DNA of 64,000 nucleotides from an uncultured Candidatus Saccharibacteria bacterium (GTDB lineage Bacteria; Patescibacteriota; Dojkabacteria; B142; OLB20): NCBI GenBank assembly GCA_964461915.1, contig CAYWVD010000001.1, positions 565,911 to 629,910 of the forward strand, read 5' to 3'. Shown piece by piece: positions 58,514 to 64,000 of this stretch (position 1 is its first letter; each line of letters starts with the position of its first letter). The notes under the pieces were generated by a model. It saw only the letters and a program-made list of their open reading frames with translations, ran no database searches and was not told where the DNA came from. The position numbers and the translations under genes were made by a program.

Positions 58514-59449
58514 TTATTGTGGAGTTGGGATATTATCCGCAGATGGAGTACCTGTAGGAGCCACCGTCGAATTGTCATCAAGGTTTATGCCCATATCAGC
58601 CAATTGGCTTATTAAGTTTGGACCTTGAGGATTTTCTTCCATCATTTGATTTGGTTTTGAACTTGAATCAACTGGAGATGGGCTTTGCTCAACTACTGGA
58701 TTAGCCTGGGGTTGAACTAATTGATCACCTGCAGGCAGGGTCGATTCAATGGGTTCATCTTCAATAATGGTTGCCTTAACAGGATTTATACTATCCATAG
58801 GATTAGGCGTTGGGATATTTATGGTGTTAGCTGTAGGTGGTTCGGGTGTAATTATGGGTTCCTCTTTAATAGTTGGAGTTGCTTCGGGGATGGCAGTTAG
58901 CCACTGTGGAGACTGCATTCCATCTGCCGCCAGAGTCTCAGGGGCCTTAATGCTTTCAGAGTTTGTTTTTTCACTTTTTTCGACTAACTCTTGATAGGAT
59001 TTAACTCCGTTTTCATCCAAGATAGCTTTAAGCTCTTTAAGGCCTTCCATAATTCCCTCTTTTCGGACCTTTATCAATTCTTCATTTTCTTTGAGGTAAG
59101 CAGATAGGTCATCTTTTTCTTGCTGGGTTAAATTTGGAAGAAGTTGGTCATAATATAGTTTAATTAATTGTTTGCTATTTGCCTGAATTCGATTAAAGAG
59201 AATAATGTTTTGAAGATAAGGCTTAAATCGGGTCTCAACATTTTCCAAATCCTCGGTATCAAGCACTTTTTGTACATCTTCTTCGGAAAACTTATTTTCG
59301 AGTAAATATTCTTTTATTGTTTCGTCAAATACAAACCCCACAGCTTCTACCATATCGGTATATATGTCTAGAGTTTTTTTGTCATCTTTCGATTTGAAAA
59401 GGATCGAAATTATATATGGATCCAGAGTATACAATAGGTCTTCGTTCAT
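58514..59449 (-). CDS. Hypothetical protein with helical N-terminal domain and Pro/Thr-rich disordered C-terminus
   Basis: 311-aa ORF. No TM and no known motif. The C-terminal third is low complexity (TPEPPTANTINIPTPNP...). Confidence 0.4.
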   Translation of the reverse strand: MNEDLLYTLDPYIISILFKSKDDKKTLDIYTDMVEAVGFVFDETIKEYLLENKFSEEDVQKVLDTEDLENVETRFKPYLQNIILFNRIQANSKQLIKLYYDQLLPNLTQQEKDDLSAYLKENEELIKVRKEGIMEGLKELKAILDENGVKSYQELVEKSEKTNSESIKAPETLAADGMQSPQWLTAIPEATPTIKEEPIITPEPPTANTINIPTPNPMDSINPVKATIIEDEPIESTLPAGDQLVQPQANPVVEQSPSPVDSSSKPNQMMEENPQGPNLISQLADMGINLDDNSTVAPTGTPSADNIPTPQ

Positions 59450-59470
59450 TTTGTGTTAATAATAATTAAG

Positions 59471-60826
59471 CTAAATTTTCATTATCTCCTCTAAAGTATT
59501 AACATGGGCTGTTTTTAAGAATATCTCAATTGCCTTTGCTTTATCGTAACCATGGGCAAGTGAGTCAATTAGTGCAGCCAAGGTTGTATATTCTTTGATC
59601 CCAGCGATTTCACCTTGAAGTCTCGCAGTTTCAAGACCTCCTTTTTTACCAATTTCTTCCTGAATCTTTAGCTTTGCCTCGAGAGCCTCTTTAGATAATG
59701 TAGCCAATTGTTTATCAAATGCCTGACTCAATCCAAATGCGCCAACGCCACCAACAATTGCGCTCATCCAAGCAAGTTGAGGATTACCAAGTAATAGGCC
59801 AATTCCACCGGCAGCTCCCGCACCAAGTGCAACCCAACCCAAATTTCGCAAAACAAGTTGGGCATACTTTTGATTTCTTTCAACCTTCTTTTCTTTAACA
59901 CTCAAATCTTGAATTTCATCCTTAATATCAGCTTGTTCTCTTTTGTTTTCAATACTATCAGATTTTGTTTTTAGTTGAGCCTTTATCAGAGCTTGTATAG
60001 GACCGGGTAAAGATGCAAATTCGGGAGTTGAGCTTATTTGACTAGATAGATTTGCGAAATCAATTGCTGTATCAGCGGTGATGGGGGTAGTATTAAAATT
60101 AGCCGCAAAAGTACCTGCATCAGTTTCGATATTTGTTTGTTCTGTCCGTTTTTTTGCTGCCTCAATCTTTTCGGGAGTTTCAGTAATTTTGGTTTTTATG
60201 GAATTAATAAGCTCAGGATTAGTAATGGTACCTCCTGGGGCTATCATAGTTAGAAGTTGTGCTTCCGTCAATGTTCCCGCTTCTAATTGTGCTTTGTACT
60301 CTTCAACCCTTTTATCTACAAGAGCCCTGGCTTGTTGTCTAATTGAGTCAGCTAGGTCTGGGCGATAAGCTGCTGTATGTCGGGTTTGAAGAGTCTGTAA
60401 ATATTGCTCAATATTTTGAGCCCCATTAATAATACTGTCCGCATGCATACCGGCAAGATGTTGTATGGCTTTAGACTTTACTTTTGCTTGAATATCAGCG
60501 GGAACGTCAACATTCCCAGTAGCGTTTTCTAATATTTTCGATTCAAGTATAGATGGGTCAATATTATCGGGTGTTGGTGGATTTGCTTGGGTTATTAGAG
60601 ACTGATTAGTTGCATTGTTAACCCTTGCATTATAAACATTTTCTACTATAGCATATTCAGCAGCTTTTGCGACATCTGCTTGAAAAGTGTCAATTGAGTA
60701 TGTGGCCCCAATACTGGCTATCTTACCTAACAACCTAGCTTTCTCAATGTTACTTTCAATGCCTGTGGCATTAACCTGTTCTCTTAGTGCTTTCAATTGT
60801 TCTGCGCTAACCGCTCCTGTTGCCAT
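59471..60826 (-). CDS. Hypothetical membrane protein with C-proximal glycine-zipper TM hairpin (paralog of 61090-62415)
   Basis: 451 aa. Long soluble N-terminal region, then LGWVALGAGAAGGIGLLLGNPQLAWMSAIVGGVGAFGLSQAFDKQ, then an 80-aa helical tail. Confidence 0.4.
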   Translation of the reverse strand: MATGAVSAEQLKALREQVNATGIESNIEKARLLGKIASIGATYSIDTFQADVAKAAEYAIVENVYNARVNNATNQSLITQANPPTPDNIDPSILESKILENATGNVDVPADIQAKVKSKAIQHLAGMHADSIINGAQNIEQYLQTLQTRHTAAYRPDLADSIRQQARALVDKRVEEYKAQLEAGTLTEAQLLTMIAPGGTITNPELINSIKTKITETPEKIEAAKKRTEQTNIETDAGTFAANFNTTPITADTAIDFANLSSQISSTPEFASLPGPIQALIKAQLKTKSDSIENKREQADIKDEIQDLSVKEKKVERNQKYAQLVLRNLGWVALGAGAAGGIGLLLGNPQLAWMSAIVGGVGAFGLSQAFDKQLATLSKEALEAKLKIQEEIGKKGGLETARLQGEIAGIKEYTTLAALIDSLAHGYDKAKAIEIFLKTAHVNTLEEIMKI

Positions 60827-60834
60827 AGCTAAAT

Positions 60835-61083
60835 CTACAACTTAAATAAATTACTTTCGTTAAATTCCCCACTTTCAACCCCTTTGTCTAATATGACAAT
60901 TAGATCAAGAATATCTTTATCGGACAAGCCTCTTTCTTTTAAAACTTTAATATATTCTACTAGAAAAAGATTTGAAAGTTTATTTTTCTTCACGATAAAC
61001 CCTTCTTGAAAGACATTCCTATTTATAGAAATATTTCCTGAAGAAATATCACTTAAAGATGCATTTTGACTATTTGTTGTCAT
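60835..61083 (-). CDS. Hypothetical small protein (82 aa)
   Basis: Compact ORF between the two paralogs on the same strand with 6-8 nt spacing. No motif recognised. Confidence 0.3.
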   Translation of the reverse strand: MTTNSQNASLSDISSGNISINRNVFQEGFIVKKNKLSNLFLVEYIKVLKERGLSDKDILDLIVILDKGVESGEFNESNLFKL

Positions 61084-61089
61084 AATTTA

Positions 61090-62415
61090 TTATCCTATTG
61101 CAGTTAACATTTGATAATCGAGACTATTCATAAAAGTTTGTGTATATTGAGCGACTTGCTTTGGATCGATTAACCCTGAAATTCTGGCATATAATTCCGC
61201 GGCCTTTTGACTAAAAGCAATTGAAGCATTGGTTTCTCTACGTAAAGCAGCCTCTTCCCTTTGGGTTTTCACCCCCTCTTTTTTCTTAGCCTCTAATCTA
61301 GCCCGCAACATTTCAGTTTCAATTTTTTTCCTGTCAATGCTAAAATTCTTATCAAAAGCCATTCCACCCACTCCACCCACTATTCCTCCAGCTGCGGCAC
61401 CAAGTAATATTGTTGATACATCAATATTACCGGAAAGTAACATGGCTAATGAGGCACCAATCATAGCTCCACCCAGAAAGAATTTTGAATCTCTAAAAAA
61501 GATTTCTAACCTTTTTCTGTTTTCTATAGTTTTTTGCATATCGATCTCTTTTTGATCAAGCGCATCTTGATCAGGTCTTAGGTTCCTTTCTTCTTGTAAT
61601 CTTCTTGTCCTAAGCTCTGCTTGTTTTTTTAATGCGGCTCTTACCGCGGGGGAGATATTTAAATCTTGCCTATTTAGAATTTTTTCTAATTCTTCTTGAA
61701 TTTTATTTGTAACCCCCTCCGGAGTTAAATATGTTGTAACACCATTTGTCTCAGTTGGGCCCCCAATAGATCGAAATCCTACAGCTTTTTGTTTGGCATC
61801 AATTTCAATTTTTCTTTTTCGTATAGCCTCTTGAGCATCTTTATCGATAATCGCAGCAATTTGTTCTTCAGTTATTGCTACAATTTGAGCATCATTCAAA
61901 GCGGATATATCATTTACATTTTTATCTTTATATTTCGTTCTTTCAATTTCTTTTTTTCTTTCTCTAACGGCATTTTGAGCGTCCTGATTTGGGATTGTTG
62001 CGATTTCAGCTTCAGTAAGAGCTAAAATCTTATAATCCTCTAAACCTTGTACTGCAGATAAATCATATGCTTTTATTTCATTTCCTCTTATTAGTCTCCT
62101 TTTCCTTTCTGTAATAAAATTTCGGACACTTTCATCATGTATACCGTCTATTTTATCGCTAGTGATATTTAATAATGCTTCATCATCTATTTCCTGAGCT
62201 TCAGCATATGTTAATTGCGAATAATCGACCTGGTTTTCAGCATCGTTAAGATTTAATGCCGCCGCTAGATCAGTACTTGATTCTTGCACTGGCCTAGAAC
62301 TCCCTACAGTAGTATCCGATTCTTGCGAATATAGATTATTAATACCATCAGCACCTGGATTTTCAATACCTTGGGTACCCATTGCCCCCTCCTTTCGCCT
62401 TATTAATACTATCAT
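61090..62415 (-). CDS. Hypothetical membrane protein with three about 45-aa tandem repeats and glycine-zipper TM hairpin
   Basis: 441 aa (start may be the M of MGTQGIENPG at 62382). Repeats of the form ILALTEAEIATIPNQDAQNAVRERKKEIER / IVAITEEQIAAIIDKDAQEAIRKRKIEIDA. TM hairpin FLGGAMIGASLAMLLSGN...LLGAAAGGIVGGVGGMAFDKN. Confidence 0.4.
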   Translation of the reverse strand: MIVLIRRKEGAMGTQGIENPGADGINNLYSQESDTTVGSSRPVQESSTDLAAALNLNDAENQVDYSQLTYAEAQEIDDEALLNITSDKIDGIHDESVRNFITERKRRLIRGNEIKAYDLSAVQGLEDYKILALTEAEIATIPNQDAQNAVRERKKEIERTKYKDKNVNDISALNDAQIVAITEEQIAAIIDKDAQEAIRKRKIEIDAKQKAVGFRSIGGPTETNGVTTYLTPEGVTNKIQEELEKILNRQDLNISPAVRAALKKQAELRTRRLQEERNLRPDQDALDQKEIDMQKTIENRKRLEIFFRDSKFFLGGAMIGASLAMLLSGNIDVSTILLGAAAGGIVGGVGGMAFDKNFSIDRKKIETEMLRARLEAKKKEGVKTQREEAALRRETNASIAFSQKAAELYARISGLIDPKQVAQYTQTFMNSLDYQMLTAIG

Positions 62416-62662
62416 TAGTTACCTTGCCCTCTTCGACAAATTTGTCGTAGTCAAGGATTTTTGAGATGATTTCATCGGAAGATAGATTAGATTTTCTGTA
62501 TATACTAACTAGATTTCTCCAAATTTGATTACGGACCCTAGGCCCTGTAACGATGACCGGATTAGCCTTTTTGATCGAACTTAAATCCCCCTTTAATATT
62601 GAGGATAGTTGTTGCTGTGATGATGTTCCGGTACTCGACATAAGTAACAAAATAATTGGCAA
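62363..62662 (-). CDS. Hypothetical small protein (99 aa)
   Basis: ORF with a Ser-rich N-terminus. Overlaps the start of the downstream gene. Confidence 0.3.
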   Translation of the reverse strand: MPIILLLMSSTGTSSQQQLSSILKGDLSSIKKANPVIVTGPRVRNQIWRNLVSIYRKSNLSSDEIISKILDYDKFVEEGKVTNDSINKAKGGGNGYPRY

Positions 62663-62738
62663 AATTTAGACCCATTTAGCCTATATAATAGCTTTGCAGG
62701 AAACAAAAAAGAAGTCAACAACAAGCAGTCAAAAATCT

Positions 62739-63005
62739 TTACAAATTGATATCTTCCCCCATATAACCCATTCTTCGTTCGATCTTTTTTCTAAGATATT
62801 CGATAAGATCGAGAATGCCTTTTTGGCTTTCTTCGTCGAGTGATAAATCAAGAATTTCATCCTTGAATTTATTCAAAGAATCTAAAGCGACATAAAAATC
62901 GGTGCCAACTTCGAGGTTTGCCTCGGAATAGGTGTCATTTAAAGCCTTGCCTACTCTGGCAAGATGACTTATTCTTTGTCTTGTTGCTTCGTCAGGTTCT
63001 CTCAT
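62739..63005 (-). CDS. Hypothetical small acidic protein (88 aa)
   Basis: First ORF after the rRNA-operon terminator on the minus strand. No motif recognised. Confidence 0.3.
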   Translation of the reverse strand: MREPDEATRQRISHLARVGKALNDTYSEANLEVGTDFYVALDSLNKFKDEILDLSLDEESQKGILDLIEYLRKKIERRMGYMGEDINL

Positions 63006-63155
63006 GAGTTTTAAAATTTTAGGATATGTATTATCAATATCGAATAAAAGTGGGGTTTTGTCAAATTTGAATTGACCCTTAAATTTTTTTGGTGGATTTG
63101 CATAGATTTTATCCAGAATCTTGAGGGATTTTGGCAGAATTTGGGCAAAAAAAAA

Positions 63156-63186
63156 GGGCCCGACCTTTCGGTCGGGACCTTTTTTA
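63156..63186. terminator. Strong bidirectional intrinsic terminator (A9-hairpin-T6)
   Basis: GGGCCCGACC-TTTCG-GGTCGGGACC, flanked by AAAAAAAAA upstream and TTTTTT downstream. Directly downstream (minus strand) of the 5S rRNA. Confidence 0.7.
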
Positions 63187-63187
63187 C

Positions 63188-63303
63188 TCTGGCGATTACC
63201 TATCTTCCCAATCCCTTTCGAAATAAGTATTTTCGGCGCTACAGCGTTTCACTTCTCTGTTCGGTATGGGAAGAGGTGGTGCCACTGCGCTAGAATCACC
63301 AGA
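63188..63303 (-). rRNA. rrf: 5S ribosomal RNA
   Basis: Reverse complement reads ...GCGCAGTGGCACCACCTCTTCCCATACCGAACAGAGAAGTGAAACGCTGTAGCGCCGA..., matching conserved 5S loop B/C. Helix I termini pair (TCTGGTGAT/ATCGCCAGA). Confidence 0.85.
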
Positions 63304-63509
63304 TGAATTTCGTCAATATATTTAACAAAACTCATCCGGTTACCAGAAGAGCAATATTTAATTGTAAAATTAAAACGACTTACAATCAACTAAAATTAGT
63401 ACTTTAGTTGAAGAAACTAGAACTAGTCTAGTTCATGGAGGCCCTATCCAATAGTTACACTTAAAATTAAACTTGCGCCTAATCTAAAAGCAACTATTGG
63501 ATTAAAAAA

Positions 63510-64000
<491 letters not shown>

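Noticed and set aside
63072-63306. ORFs 63072-63293 and 63121-63306 (+)
   Set aside because: They overlap the bidirectional terminator and the 5S rRNA gene and are not coding.

Overview
This is an AT-rich (about 30-35% GC), gene-dense bacterial chromosome segment made almost entirely of housekeeping genes. Coding density is high and intergenic spacers are short. Several ribosomal proteins carry Lys/Glu-rich extensions, and rplI, pyrH and tuf are missing from their canonical operon positions. Together these suggest a reduced-genome uncultivated lineage (CPR/Patescibacteria-like), which is an inference only. The standard genetic code is in use (TAA, TAG and TGA all behave as stops).

Main blocks, in order:
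- TPR-like protein and a membrane protein with two carboxypeptidase-regulatory-like domains.
- dnaB and a degenerate MBL-fold protein.
- rpmE-prfA-prmC.
- htrA, ctpA, an orphan 638-aa protein, then rpsR-ssb-rpsF (all minus strand, one apparent operon).
- ychF, a beta-CASP ribonuclease, cca.
- recR-ybaB-dnaX, rpsU, rseP.
- frr-tsf-rpsB.
- topA, dprA.
- mrdA-mreD-mreC-mreB.
- A tRNA/ribosomal cluster: tRNA-Thr, tRNA-Tyr, tRNA-Thr, rpmG, tRNA-Trp, secE, nusG, rplK, rplA, an L10 leader with attenuator, rplJ, rplL.
- An independently transcribed pair: a 7-TM protein plus a RimK-like ATP-grasp ligase fused to a DTGA retropepsin-type protease.
- A second solitary MreB paralog facing a PEGA/beta-propeller membrane protein.
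- tRNA-Arg, then two tandem long-form ndk paralogs and tmk.
- comEA and a comEC split by a single in-frame TAA.
- Cyclophilin, leuS, an HD hydrolase, tRNA-Ala, a LysM-M23 peptidase.
- rho with a 423-bp leader, then clpC-radA.
- rpsA with a repetitive acidic tail.
- A block of six uncharacterised genes, including two paralogous glycine-zipper membrane proteins.
- A strong bidirectional terminator, 5S rRNA and the 3' part of 23S rRNA (minus strand, running off the window).

No CRISPR array, transposase, integrase or prophage genes were recognised.

The candidates that most deserve follow-up:
- The ATP-grasp::retropepsin fusion with its 7-TM partner.
- The paralogous Gly-zipper protein cluster upstream of rpsA.
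- The 638-aa orphan sitting where rplI usually is.
- The split comEC.
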